NCBI RefSeq assembly: GCF_963921235.1
Contig: NC_086109.1
Span: 17,300,001 to 17,364,000, forward strand
Source: Mobula hypostoma
Lineage: Eukaryota
DNA: 64,000 nt
Reading direction: 5' to 3'
Below are positions 38,595 to 51,461 of this stretch, piece after piece. The notes beneath the pieces were generated by a model. That model was not told the DNA's origin and did no database searches. It worked only from the letters and a program-made list of their open reading frames with translations. A program made the translations under genes and the position numbers. Position 1 is the stretch's first letter. The number at the start of each line of letters is the position of its first letter.

Positions 38595-40200
38595 GACTGT
38601 TCAAGGAACTGTGAATCTGTATTCCCAAGTCCTTTGGTTCTATGTCACACCTCAGAGCCCTATCATTCACTGTGTAAGTCTCAATCCTGATTTGTCCTTC
38701 CAGCATGCAACACCTCGCTTGTCTGCATCAAATTCCATCTGCAATTTTTCAGCCCATTTTCCCAGCTGGTCAAGATCATGCTGCAAGCTTTAATAGCTGT
38801 CTTCTCAGTCCGCTATGCCCCCAATGTTGGTGTCATCCACAAACTTGCTGATCTAGTGGACCACATTATCATCTACTTCAATAACATGCATGATAACCAG
38901 CAGCAAATACAGCACAGATCCATGTAGTACATCACTTGTCCCTGGCTTCTGGCGGCTTCTGCTAAGCCAATGTTAGATCCAAATTGGCTACTTCATCTCA
39001 AATACAAATAACTTGACCTTTTCATTAGCCTCCCATCTGGGACCTTGTCAAAGACTTTCCTAAAGTCCACGTAGACAGCATCCACTGTCGTCTTCATCAA
39101 TCATCTTGGTAACCTCATTGGAAAAACTCTATAAGATTGATTAGATGTGACCTACCATGTACAAAGGCATGTTGACTGCCCCCAATCAAGTCCTATCTAT
39201 CTAACTATTTACATATTCTGACCATTCAAATGCCTTCCAATAATTTACCCATAGGTGATGTCAGGCTGTATGGGCTATAATTTCCCACCTCATTCTCAGA
39301 TCATTTCTTGAACAAAAGACCAATAATAGCTATCCACCAGTCCACTGACTAGCCTCTCGTAAGATACGAGGTGATACCTTGTCAGGCCTTGAGGATCTCT
39401 CCGCCCTAAATCTTGTCAAGTCAGCCAGCACTACCTCCTTGTAATCCTGATAAGTCCATGAATTCACTACTTTTTTCCTCAGTTCTGTAGTTTCTGTGAC
39501 TTGTCTTCGGAGTAAATCTGATGCAAAAAATTCAGTTAAGATTATCCCATCACTTTTGGCTTTATGCCATGGATGACCATGCTGATTGTCAAGAGGACCA
39601 AGTTTGTCCCTTGTTATCCTTTCACTTCTAATATAGCTATGGAAATCCTTGGGATTCTCCTTCACCTTGTCTACCAGTGCAATTTCATGTCCTTTTTTAG
39701 TCTGCCTGATTTTTCTATTTCTCTTAACTGGTCTCTTGCTCTTCTTATGCTTAAGTACCTCATTTGATCTAACTGCCTATCCCTGATATGTGCCTCCTAT
39801 TTCTTTACCAGGGCCTCAATATCCCTTGTAACCAAGGTTCCTTGCTTTTTATTCTAACAGGGACATTCATATTCTGTATCCTCAACATTTTACTTTTAAA
39901 AGCCTCCTACTTACCAAGATCTTTTTGGTATCCCCACCCACACCTGTCAGATCTTTTCTGATGCCAACAAAATTGGCTTTAGAATTTAGAATCTCAACCC
40001 GAGGAGCAGTCCTATCATTTTCCATAATTACTTTAAATCTAATGGAGTTATGATCACTAGATCCAAAGTGTTCTCTTGCTCGCACTTCTGTCTCCTGCCT
40101 AGTTTCATTCCCTCAGAGGAGATCCAGTATTATACTGTCTCTGGTGGGAACTCTACATATTTGACAAACTATCCCTTCCAATTCCTTTACAGTATGGGAG
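38595..40200 (-). mobile_element. Degraded CR1 LINE ORF2 fragment
   Basis: - strand REHFGSSDHNSIRF (endonuclease C-terminus), KENPKDFHSYIRS and YVDFRKVFDKVP. Confidence 0.85.
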
Positions 40201-40974
40201 TCAATGCATTCTTGGTGTTAGAGAATCACGTCATGACATTTAAATTCAACTTAAGTTGATAACTGACCAACTTACTAGAAATACAGTAGATTGTTCTTTC
40301 TCCCCTTCTCGGGAGTGAAACTGCTCTCTCCATGTATTCTGTTCTGTTCATTCCTTTGGTTGGCTGTGGGGCATCCTCTCTACTTTCTATTTTAAAGATG
40401 AAAGTGTATTTGGAATTCATCCATGTTAAATTTATTTGACATGCTTTATAAAAGTGTATTAGCTACTTTCTCAAAGTGCATCTCCAACATATAGACCATG
40501 CAAGGGAGTATTTGGTGATCATTGCTCAGTCAGCCAAATCTACATGAGACTAGCATGCACATCCGTTTGGCTGTCTGACAGACTCTGAATAAAGGCAGCA
40601 TGCTAATGAAGACAGCAGTTTATAATTATCAAATCTCATGGTGCAAAAATGCCATTTGTTTTCTACAACTATGTTGCCAGATAACATTTTTCTTATTTGG
40701 ATATTTAGAAACTGAATGACTGGGCATGCGTTCAGTACATTTAGTTTTTTAATAATACGCTCCATGCCCAAAGCATGTTGGAAATCAGGGATAGATTTAA
40801 AAACCATTTTCCATAATGACTTCTATAAAGTAGTAATACAAATCAGGAGGCAATAGTGTTGCTCAGTTCTACTGCAATGTGGATGTGCTAGAATGGACAC
40901 CAAAGGTCATTGATCAGTTAAATGGAGTAGGGAAGCTGAAATTCGTTATCTTAACACAGAGGCAGTTCTATTTA

Positions 40975-41180
40975 TTTACTTGTTTGTTTGATTGATATAC
41001 AAGTGCTGAATAGGCCCTTCCAGCCCTTCAAGCTGCGCTGCACAGCAACCCCTGATTTAACCTAACCTAATCTCAGGACAATTTATAATGATCAATTAAC
41101 CTACCAACCGGAATGTCTTTGGACTGTGCGAGAAAACTGGAGCACCTGGAGAAAACCCACGTTGTCATGAGAAGAAAGTA
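40975..41180 (-). mobile_element. SINE remnant (family of 7733-8003)
   Basis: Reverse complement gtgggttttctccaggtgctccagttttctcgcacagtccaaagac...ggtaggttaattg. Confidence 0.7.
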
Positions 41181-41412
41181 TGGAGAAATTTAGCTGTGTT
41201 TAACATTACGAACAATATTAGTGAATTGAAGACATAAGTGAACTATAAAGCAATTTCTGTGGTCTAAGGATGCCCCAATGTGTTTTATAGGTGTAGAAAT
41301 AACTTTGAACTTTAGTCATGGTAAGAATGTAGGAAGCTTAATTATAACAAAATAAAAAGAAGCTGTTTTTACTGTAGGAGTGTCAATAATGAGAGGATAC
41401 AGATTCAAGGTA

Positions 41413-42239
41413 CAGTGGATTCCAGTTAATTGGGACACATTGGGACCAGTACATTTTGGCCCAATTAAATGGCTACCCCAAGTTTCATGGAAATAGTTTA
41501 AAAGAAAAGGTATAAATAAGGCCAACTCCGTTTACTTGAGTAACAAATTATGCATTTAAATGAAATGCAGAACAAATTAGAACACTATTACAGTACAATA
41601 AAATAGTGTGTTAGTTCCTAATAGTTATCGACGGAGAAATTCATCCAGTGCACACTGCCATGTCTTTTGATTGACTGTAAATAAACAAAATCAGCGCAGA
41701 TACCTATTGAAACCTAGAGCAGATAATGGACTGCCTTCATGTAATGCTTTTGGCGCTAACAGCCTCCAAATCTTCATTTTCATTGTAACATGCAAGATGA
41801 TTGTCATACCTTCAAATTTTTTGTAATTCCTAACTTGCTGAAGTAGTGAAATCATTTCAATGTCATTCCCGACCGTTTCCGGCAACTTGAAGCCTGAATG
41901 CAGTGAGCAAAACTGTTCTGAATTGTTTTACTGCTTATGTCTTGCTAACTGTTAGTGACAAAAATCATGGCTTTTCGAACACAAGCACATGCAACTGATG
42001 GTATTTAAAAATGGTTCGCTGTAAGCACGGTCTTGCAGCTAATGGTCACACAATGCATGTGACTAATGCAAGTTAGAAACTGAACAGTAACAGTCTCCTG
42101 TCCCAATTAAATGGCATAGTGTCCCAAATAAATGAAGGGAATCCCAGCAATTTTCTTGATTGGATTTTGTTCATTAAGAGTTGTCCCAAATAAGCAGCTA
42201 CTCCGATTAACCAATGGCTCAGTTAACTGGAATACACTG
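41413..42239. mobile_element. Tigger/pogo-like non-autonomous DNA transposon
   Basis: TA TSD. TIRs CAGTGGATTCCAGTTAATTG / CAGTTAACTGGAATACACTG. Subterminal repeated ttgggac/gtcccaa motifs. Confidence 0.85.
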
Positions 42240-42809
42240 TACTTAGCAATAGATGTAAAAGAAATATTTCTTTTCTGCTTTTGCATTGAATTAATATTAG
42301 TTAGAGTACATTACTCGAAATTCTGGTGGATACGGATTTGCTTCAACTTTCAGAAGGGAATTGAATCAGAAATCATTGCCAGAGCAACATGAGTAGGAAT
42401 GATGATTTCAAAAAACATGGATATCGTGAACTGAGTGATTTTTTTTTGTTTTGTTTTTGCAAAGTTATGTCATAGTTGTAAGTTTCAATTTCTCCTTGTA
42501 TGCTGAGTGAGGACATTTAAGAAATAGTAAATGACAATAATGATGGGAAAGAATAGAAACTGAAAGAGAAATCTTTGGTGCTAGGAGATACGTGTGTGTC
42601 CTGAATGAATGTTACATGTCAGTATTCATCAGAGAACAAGTTGGGCAACATCCAGACAAGAGTTAGTGGAAGCAAATGCTGATGGTCTGAAACGTCACTC
42701 TATTAGGAAAGAGGAACTGTTAGACTTATCGATTCATATTAAGATGGACATGTTCCTAGTGCCTTATGGAATCCATCCTCAAGGTATTATAGCGTGCAGG
42801 TTAATTTTC

Positions 42810-44335
42810 TGATGCAGATCTTTGCATAGTCTTTAGCAAAAGATGTGGCACCAGAAGATTGGAGGGTAGTTTTGCACCCGTATTAAAGAGGGGCAGTAGG
42901 GTTAAGCTAGGAAATTACAGGCCGCTGAGCCTTTCATTAGTAGAAAGGAAATTGTTGGGAAAATTTCTTAGAATTACCATCAGTTGGAAAGGCAGGAAAT
43001 GATTAAGGGGAGTTGGCATGATTTTGTGCTTGGAAAATTAAGCATCACGGTTGAGTTTATTTTTTGAAGAGGTTACAAAGAAAGTTGAAGGGAAGGAAAT
43101 AAACAAAGTAAACAAGCTTAGAGGTGGAATCAATGCACGTCAGCTCTGGCAGAGTTTGCAGACCATTACTTCTTACAAAGTAAAACCTAACATCATGAAT
43201 GGTTGTGATGCTTCACTCCCAGATATTTATTTACTTAATGTAACTTTATTTACTTATTTAATATATGCTTATGAATGTAATTTATAGTTTTTATATTATG
43301 TAGAGCAATGGACTGCTGCAGCAAAACAAATTTCATGACATATGCCAGTGATATTAAACCGGATTTTGATTTTGACATGCTAGGCGGATTCTAGGGTGGA
43401 ATTATCTATAGTGAGGAAGTTTGCTGAAGGATACAGGAGCAATATAGATTCCTTCTGTAGTTGGGTGGAGCGGTGGCAGTTGGCATTTAATCCAGAACAA
43501 TGTGAAGAAATGTATCTTGGTTTATCTAATGCTAGACAGATGTAAGCAGGGACCTTAGAAGTGTTGATATACAGAGAGACCTTGAAATACAAGTTCACGG
43601 CTCCCTGAAAATGTCGATGAATGGTGATGAATGGATTTCATAGCCTAGGGCAGGGGTTCCCAATCTCTTTTGCGCCATAGATCCCAGCCATTGACAGAGG
43701 ATTATGTTGATCCCAGGTTGGGAACTTCTAGCCTAGAATATTCAATGTAAGAGTTGGGCTGACATGTTGCCATTTTGTGAATTATTTGTTTGGTCCCACT
43801 TGTGATATTGTATGCAGTTCTGGCCACTATACCATAAAAAGTACATGGCAGCAATAGAAAGAGAGTACAGAAAAGAATTGCCAGGGTATTTTGTGGAATG
43901 GAGAGCTTTAGTTACCATGAGAGATTGGATGGGCCAAGATTGTTTATACTGGAGCAGAGAAGGCTGAGGGGTGACCTTAAGGAGTTTTATAAAATTATGA
44001 CTGGCTTTGATACGCTAAGATTGTTCTGGTCATTTTCCTAAGGTAAGAGAGTGTAAAGTGAGGCAACACTAGTTTAAAGGTACGGGGGGAAATATTTCAA
44101 GGAGATCTAAGAGACAAGTTTTCAACAGAAGGTAATGGTAAAAGAAATGAGCTGCCAGAAGAGCAGATAGAAGCAGGTATAATCACAGCATTTAGAAAGC
44201 ATTTGGACAGGTGCTTGGATAGGAAAGGATATGAGCCAAATGCAGGAAAAGGATTAGCTTGAATGGGTATCTTGGTGTGAGCAAGTTTGGCCAAAACCAG
44301 CCCGGTTTCCTTGCTGAGTAGCTCCGACTCTGACT
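42810..44335 (+). mobile_element. Degraded CR1 LINE with nested small insertions
   Basis: PEDWR.., GNYRPLSL.. and QFWP..KK motifs with a CR1-like 3' region. Confidence 0.75.
43651..43730. mobile_element. 80-bp hAT (Charlie-like) MITE
   Basis: CAGGGGTTCCCAA / TTGGGAACTTCTA termini. Imperfect 8-bp TSD GCCTAGGG / GCCTAGAA. Confidence 0.7.
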
Positions 44336-45252
44336 ATAAGACTAAATGTGTTTTTTCTAGCTTGCATTAATGCTGAAATCAGCACTGCCTTCAGTGTTAA
44401 TTCCAGCATCAAACAAGGAGGAAACACTTTGCTCCTGGTGATTTTTTTTTCCTATTCTATTTTGAGACCACTGTGAATATCTTTGACTTTGACTCAGTAA
44501 TTATTGCACTAGACTAAAACAGCATGATATTTTAACTCATTCAATTGCAAAAAAAAAGCAGATTATATGTTGTTAATTGGGATTTCTTGACATATGGCAC
44601 CTGACATCTTGTTTCTGTTCATTTATGTGATAAAATACTGGAAATGTTCAGTGGAACAGACAGCTTCTGTGGTTGTGAGAAATGAAAATCACTGTTTAGA
44701 TTAAAGATGTTTCATTGGTGGTTAGCTCTGTCTGAAAGACTATTGATCTCCTATATTGAAATGTTGTTCCTCTCTTTAACCATGTAGCATGACCCACTGA
44801 GTATTTTCAGATTTATTTATTTTTTGTTTTCTTTCATTATTTTGGCAATAACAATGCTTGGGAAAGCAGCATCCATCATCAGAGATCCCCACCACCCAGG
44901 CCATGTTCTCTTGTTGCTGCCATGAAGTCGAAGGTACAAGAGCATAAGGACTCACACCACAGGTTCAAGAACAATTATTCCCCTTCAACCATCAGGCTCT
45001 TGAATAAAAGGGGATAGCTACACCCACTTGCCTCATTATTGAAATTTCCCACAACCAATGATCTCACTCTTAAGGACTCTTTTATGTCATTATCTCGTGT
45101 TCTCATTATCTATTGTTTTTTTAAAATATCTGCATTTGTACAGTTTAAAAACGCAAACACGAGGAAATCTGCAGATGCTGGAATTTCAAGCAACACACCT
45201 CAAAGTTGCTGGTGAAGGCAGCAGGCCAGGCAGCATCTCTAGGAAGAGGTAC

Positions 45253-45288
45253 AGTCGACGTTTCGGGCCGAGACCCTTCGTCAGGACT
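45253..45288 (-). ncRNA. Minimal type-I hammerhead ribozyme motif
   Basis: - strand AGTC CTGACGA A GGGT-CTCG-GCCC GAAA CG TC GACT: stem I, core, stem II, GAAA and GUC cleavage triplet. Confidence 0.75.
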
Positions 45289-46077
45289 AACTGAAAGAAG
45301 AGCTAGTAAGAGATTTGAAAGTGGGAGTGGGAGGGGGAGATCCAAAGTGATAGGAGAAGACAGGAGGGGGAGGGATGGAGCCAAGAGCTGGACAGGTGAT
45401 TGGCAAAAGGGATATGAGAGGAACATGGGACGGGAGGCCTAGGGAGAAAGAAAGGGGGAGGAGGGGAAGCCCAGAGGATGGGCAAGGAGTATAGTGAGAG
45501 GGACAGACTGAGAAAAAGGAGAGAGAGAAAAAAAGAATGTATGTACACAATAATAAATAAATAAATAACAGATGGGGTACGAGGGGGAGGTGGGGCATTA
45601 ACGGAAGTTAGAGACGTCAATGTTCATGCCATCAGGTTGGAGGCTACCCAGATGGAATATCTGTGTAAACTGTAAAGATGAAGCCACACTCAGGTTGGAG
45701 GAACAACACCTTAATTTCCGTCTGGGTAGCCTCCAACCTGATGGCATAAACATTGACTTATCTAACTTCCATTAATGCCCCACCTCCCCCTCCTATCCCA
45801 TCCGTTATTTATTTTTTATATATGTATATATTCATTCTTTTTCTCTCTCTCCTTTTTCTCACTCTGTCCCTCTCACTATACTCCTTGCCCATCCTCTGGG
45901 TTCCCCCCCCCTTGTCTTTCTCCCCGGACCTCCTGTCCCATGATCCTCTCATATCCCCTTTGCCAATCAACTGTCCAGCTCTTGGCTCCATCCCTCCCCC
46001 TCCTGTCTTCTCCTATCATTTTGGATCTCCCCCTCCCCGTCCCACTTTCAAATCTCTTACTAACTCTTCTTTCAGTT

Positions 46078-46113
46078 AGTCCTGACGAAGGGTCTTGGCC
46101 TGAAACGTTGACT
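46078..46113 (+). ncRNA. Minimal type-I hammerhead ribozyme motif (GUU triplet)
   Basis: AGTC CTGACGA AGGGTCTTGGCCT GAAA CG TT GACT, downstream of and sense to the GIY-YIG fragment. Confidence 0.65.
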
Positions 46114-46749
46114 GTACCTCTTCTTCGAGATGCTGCCTGGCCTGCTGCCTTCACCAGCAACTTTGATGTGTGTTATTTGCACAGTTTGTTGTCTTCTGCT
46201 TTCTGGTTGATCTTTCATTGATCCTGTTTTAGTTACTATTTTATTGATTTGCTGAGCATGCCCACAAGAAAGTGAATCTCAGGGTTGTATATGGTGACGT
46301 ATATGTACTTTGATAATAAAATTTACTTTGAACTTTGATTGAAAGTTTAAAACAGCTCTGGAAACATCATGGTCTAATTTGTTTAGAAAGATGTGTGCAA
46401 GTTAACCTGCATTTATTAAAGTGTGGTTGTGTCCAGTACAGGTCATGATCAATCACTGTGGATAGCTTTAAATGCATTGAGAGATGTATTTATTGGCATC
46501 TAGCACTATTTACCAAAAAATTCAACTGCTTTTTCCTTTTGCTGATGATGATTGATTGGTTGTGCATCTCCCAATTTTTCCTTTTAATTTAATTGCTATT
46601 TTGATTATCTGGTTGAAGCATCTCTCTCTGCGCAAAGCAAAGCTCCAAGTGCTACTTGTCTAAAAATATTATCTTGTAACCCATTTTTTTTTGGGCTCTT
46701 GTAACTTTACTCTGTGTGTCATTGCTGATGGCAACACTCAGAGGACAGT

Positions 46750-48100
46750 ATTGTAGCATAGCAGTTAGGCTAACGCTTTACAACTCTGCTCTAGAGCAGG
46801 GGTGGCCAAACTTTTACATTCCATGTGTCAATTTTTTTCACGCGCAAGTTTAGATGCACCATAGAACTCTTATACCCCTATTCAATTCTTGTAAAAATAT
46901 GTTAATATAGACATATTTACATATTTAGCATTTTTACATGATATATTATATGAAAACAAGATGAACATTACTTACTTTAATGAGACTTTTAATATATTTT
47001 ATGGTCTTTTGATTTCTTCCTTTTTCTTAATCACATATTCTTTTCGTAACTCAGACCCAAGCACTAGCTTCAGTTTTCCTTCTAATTCAGTCCGATGTTG
47101 TGTTTTATAGTGTCTATTAAGATCATGTCTTCTATTATGTGAGAAAGTGTTTTCACAAACAATGCACAACGGTTTTCCTGACAGACCCACTATAAATAAG
47201 AACTCATTTTCCCACTGTTCATTGAATTCACACTTACTATCACTTTCTAATTTTGTTTTGCACTGATGGGTAACTGAATGTAAAAACAAGGTTTAATTTT
47301 TGAAAAAGTACAAAACTGCGAATGTTCACAAAGGATGAACAAAGCACAACTGCATAGCGCACGAGTGTCAATTGTAATCTGACTGGCAAAAACCTGCGAT
47401 GCATCGCTGGTGCAGACACCTGGCGCCTCAGGATCAAACAATTATCAAACGTGTATTGAATAGTTATGGAACGACTGCAGAACAAATGTCCTTCTTTCTT
47501 AGTTTGACTCATTGAACATTTTTTAAAATTGAAAACAGATTCATGTGAAAGAAGATAACATTCGCTAAAAGATGTGCACAAAATAATAAAATTGCTAAAA
47601 ATAATTGCTAAGTTTTAGATTCATTCTCAGTAAAACCCATTTCTAGCTCTAAGCTACTTGAATTCCTGTTATAGATTTTTTTCCTCTACAAATCGGTTTT
47701 TGGTTAATACTTTTTGCATGAGTAGGCTTTTTTATTATTATCACTGGGGTGCAATGCACCACTTCTAATCATCCAATGTGCCATAGGTTGCCCATCCCTG
47801 CTCTAGAGCGTGATCTTGATCGGGGTTCAATTCTCGCTGTTGTCTTTAAGGGTTTTGTATATTCTCCCTGTGACCATGCGGATTAGATTTAGATGCTCCA
47901 ATTTCCGCCCACATTCGAAAAACCTTTGGGTTGTGGTTAGTAAGTTGTGGGCATGCTACGTTGGCATGGGAAGCATGGTGGCACTTGTGGACTGCCCTAG
48001 CACATCCATGGACTGTGTTGGTCGTTGATGCCATTGACACATTCCACTGTTTTGATGTTTTGATCTGCATGCAGCAAATACAGATAATATTATCTTAATC
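46750..48100 (+). mobile_element. tRNA-derived SINE split by a hAT insertion
   Basis: A-box-like tagcatagcagttagg lies before 46789. The B-box ggttcaattctc and the SINE body resume after 47808. Confidence 0.75.
46797..47800 (-). mobile_element. Non-autonomous hAT (Charlie/SPIN-like) transposon retaining the N-terminal zinc-finger coding region
   Basis: Perfect 8-bp TSD CTCTAGAG (46789-46796 / 47801-47808). TIRs CAGGGGTGGCCAA / TTGCCCATCCCTG. ORF 46999-47289 FNEQWENEFLF....GKPLCIVC.......RRHDLNRHYKTQH. Confidence 0.9.
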
Positions 48101-48744
48101 TTAAAAGAAGTTTAATATTTTGTCTGCATACTACCACATAATTGTTGAATCATGTTAATCAGGTAATTAGATGAAAATTATTTTTTTTAACCTTCTAACT
48201 TCTATCCTCTTAGTGGCAATACCTCCACAGATGTGTCAATTCATGTGTTTTTTGCACTGCGACTTGCTATGTAATTACCAGACTGAAGCAGCTCAACTGT
48301 TTCTTGTCTTTGCAATTCACATTTCATAAATAGTTTTGGCAGCAATCAATTTTATAAATGCCACTCCATACACCTTTCTGAACAAAAAAGGATAGGATAT
48401 TTCCTGAGTAATTTTCACCTTTCAATCATTTTATTTTGACAGTTAGATCCCAGCATTGAAGCTATAAACATGGTACTGAGCTCTTTGGTTAAAACAGAAC
48501 ATCTTGAAATATATTCTGCAGATATTCACAATTGCTGTGAAGAAATCAGTTTGAGAAATGCATTGTTTGATGCTTATAGCTTACTGCTTATTCAATATTA
48601 GATTCCTGAGATGTGAACCTCCAAATCATGTTTCTAAAACTTAACAATTTTTATTTTCTTTTTCAACTCTTTGGATATCAGTGAAGAATATTTAACTATT
48701 TCCAGTGTTAAATGTGTCTTGTTAGTTATTTAATATTACCCGTA

Positions 48745-49112
48745 ATCGAGGATTTGATAGAGGTATACAAGATTATGAAGGTTATAGATAGGGTAAATGC
48801 AGGCTTTTTCCACTGAGATTAGGTGGGACTACAACCAGAGGTCATGGGATAAGGGTGAAAGGTGAAAAGTTTAAGGGAACATGAGGGGGAAACTTCACTC
48901 AGATGTTTGTGAGTGTGGAAAGAGCTGCCAGCACAAGTGATGCATGCGAGCTCGATCTCAATGTTTAAGAGAAGTTTGGATAGGTATTTGGATGGTAGTG
49001 GTATGGAGGGCTATCGTCTTGGTGCAGGTCGATGGGAGTAAACAGTTTTAAAGGTTTGGCATGGACTAGATGGGCTGTAGGGCCTGTTTCTGTGCTGTAC
49101 TTTTCTATGACT
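48745..49112 (+). mobile_element. CR1 LINE 3' remnant
   Basis: gatttgatagaggtatacaagattatg..accagaggtcatggg..cctgtttctgtgctgtacttttctatg. Confidence 0.85.
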
Positions 49113-50529
49113 GTATAATATTTTAATTCCGTTCATTTTGTTGGCAAAGTCACATTCCATTTACCAGCATCTGTGGCATGTTGGCAAATTGTTTCAGTGT
49201 TAGTGTGTATGCCAGATAACAATTAGGATTTCTGGATGTCTTGGAGTTTGATTTTTTGTTTCTTCTTTTCTCATATGATACGAACATTCACTTTCAGGAT
49301 TCAAAAGCTGTTGCGATTCTAGCCCGTTGCTTTGAGGATTCTTGCAACACCATGGAAAAATTAGGAGATTGAGAACTTGGCTTGCATTCTTGGTTGCTTC
49401 CTCTGGCATCATCTTCATAGTGTACAGTTATCTGCAAGGGAAACTTGCCCTTGATTACGTCACTTTCAAACATAGCATAAAATTCTAACATAATTACTGT
49501 ATTATGTTTACGGCAGAAAAAATCTTCACACTTCTCAGTGATTTTTGACTTTAATATTTGTTCTTAGAGAATCTTTGATAGAATTTCTTTTCTTTTAACC
49601 ATTGAAAAGATGGAAGGTAATTTTATCAGAGCAGTGTTAACCATGAAATTTGTGCAAGATGTTTAGATATTTGAACTATCTGACTGAAACAGTAAAACTA
49701 TTTCCCTTTTAATTTCAGATCTGCTTAATTCTTTTAGTTCTATTTTGATATGGAAATCCCACACTGGATCCATCTGTACAGTAGGCTAAGTAGTGCAGCT
49801 CCCAAGGGAGAAGGAGACATTTTTGCTACGGGTCTTTGGTCTGAACCACTAAAGTGAAAATGAATTCGACAGGGGAGTAGAAGAGAAGAGGGAACTTGGA
49901 GAAATGTTGATGTTTGCCCGCAAGGATTAATCTTTACAAAATAATGCTGTTGTTGTATTTAATGATGTGAAGCTTTTACAAAACAAATGAAATACATAAA
50001 ACAAGAGCCTTTGTGTTAATTTGTAATTGTAGAGCAACCCTTGAAGATAATAGATAAATCAAGTTCCGAGCAGCTCTTTTCTATTTTATTTAATTCTGTG
50101 CTAAGTAACCTGTTTGAAGAACAGTGTAGCTGCTTTGACAATCAGAGCATTCGTACTGCAGTGATCATCATCCACACAAAAAAGTGCATCTGGAGCTGTC
50201 TGATTTCCGAATGCCTGTGATGTAGTAGAGAAGGGAGAAAGGCACAGGAAGACGAAAGAGAATTTTGAGGCATTAGTCATGCCAGGGAACGAGACTCTCC
50301 CGTTAACAGCTGACCGATGTCACCAGGATACAGTTAATACTCTTCCTTTACACAGCAACACGGTAAATCCAGATTATCATGGTACTGTTTTTAATTTGAT
50401 GTACATCTCCAGAGGTGGGCAGAAAAGTACTTTGGATGATGGAGAGAGATACAGAATTTAACTTCATTTAATTTGCAGTGTTGAATGTCACTTTGTCCAT
50501 CATAAACCTAAAGGGTTATAAAATGGAAC

Positions 50530-50666
50530 AATGTCCTGATGAAGGGTCTCGGCCTGGAACATAGACTGTTTACTCTTTTCTGTAGATGCTGCCTAGCCTG
50601 CTGAGTTCCTCCAGCATCTTGTGTCTGTTGCTTAGGAATTCCAGCATCTACAGATTTACTCTTGTT
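50530..50666 (+). mobile_element. Short Penelope-like terminal repeat starting at a degenerate hammerhead
   Basis: GTC CTGATGA AGGGTCTCGGCCT GGAAC ATA GAC followed by the common body; the GAAA is mutated. Confidence 0.75.
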
Positions 50667-51461
50667 GGCAGTGTATTTCTGAGTGATTTTATTAATTTTT
50701 ATCTTTGATTCTCCAAGTTTTGAAATTTCTCTAATTTTATCCCTGTGTAGACTAGTTCAATTGAAGCTGCAGTTCAACACTGAAGCAATTTGAATAGATT
50801 ACAGCAAAGTAAAATTTGATGCATATTAATATTTTAATATTTGGGACAGCACATGGGGCAAGGGTATCTGATAAATGGACAGTTCATCTTTTTCCCTTGT
50901 TTTCTGAAGGAACATCTTGATGTGTGAAAGATTTTATTTAATGTATGAATGGAAGCAGTTCTATGCAGTAGCCTCAGTTACTAAGTAACTTTGTAGTATG
51001 TGGAGTAATAAGGTTCTTGAATAGCAAGTACATAGAGTACAAACTAGTAATGTTTTCTGTAAGGGGCTTTTAGCTTGTTGTGATTTATGTAAATAAGCAC
51101 AGTAACAGTTTTGTGTATCATTTGGTTATGAAAATGTTTAATATAGATATAAAGAGAAATGTCATGCTGAATATCTGAAACTAAAACGTTAAAGATTGAA
51201 CGTGCATACAAGGTCCAAAAGTATAATTTGAAGGCTTCTTTCTGACTTTCTTCTAAGTGTCTCAAATGACTGTTAAATCCTGTTGTACTCAAGATTATTT
51301 ACTTTTCACTGGAGGTTTCACTGAAGAGATTTAAGGGTTGGGCGTTAATTTATTTTGCTAAACGTAATGTTTTTATTATTTTAATTTGCATTGGAAATCA
51401 CGAGATGTCTGAAATGTGTACATTCCTTAGAAGCTATAGCTCTGAGATTTACTATTTACTA

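Larger units (their letters stand above)
45147..46174. mobile_element. Fold-back Penelope-like element (GIY-YIG C-terminus plus terminal repeats with hammerheads), inserted in a LINE tail
   Basis: Long inverted arms. + strand 45677- encodes DEATLRLEEQHL.FRLGSLQPDG.NID. 13-bp TSD ATTTGYACAGTTT (45134-45146 / 46175-46187). The host Rex1/L2 tail spans about 44860-46340. Confidence 0.88.

Noticed and set aside
49200..49491. Overlapping - strand ORFs in unique sequence
   Set aside because: No recognisable domain and only weak splice signals.
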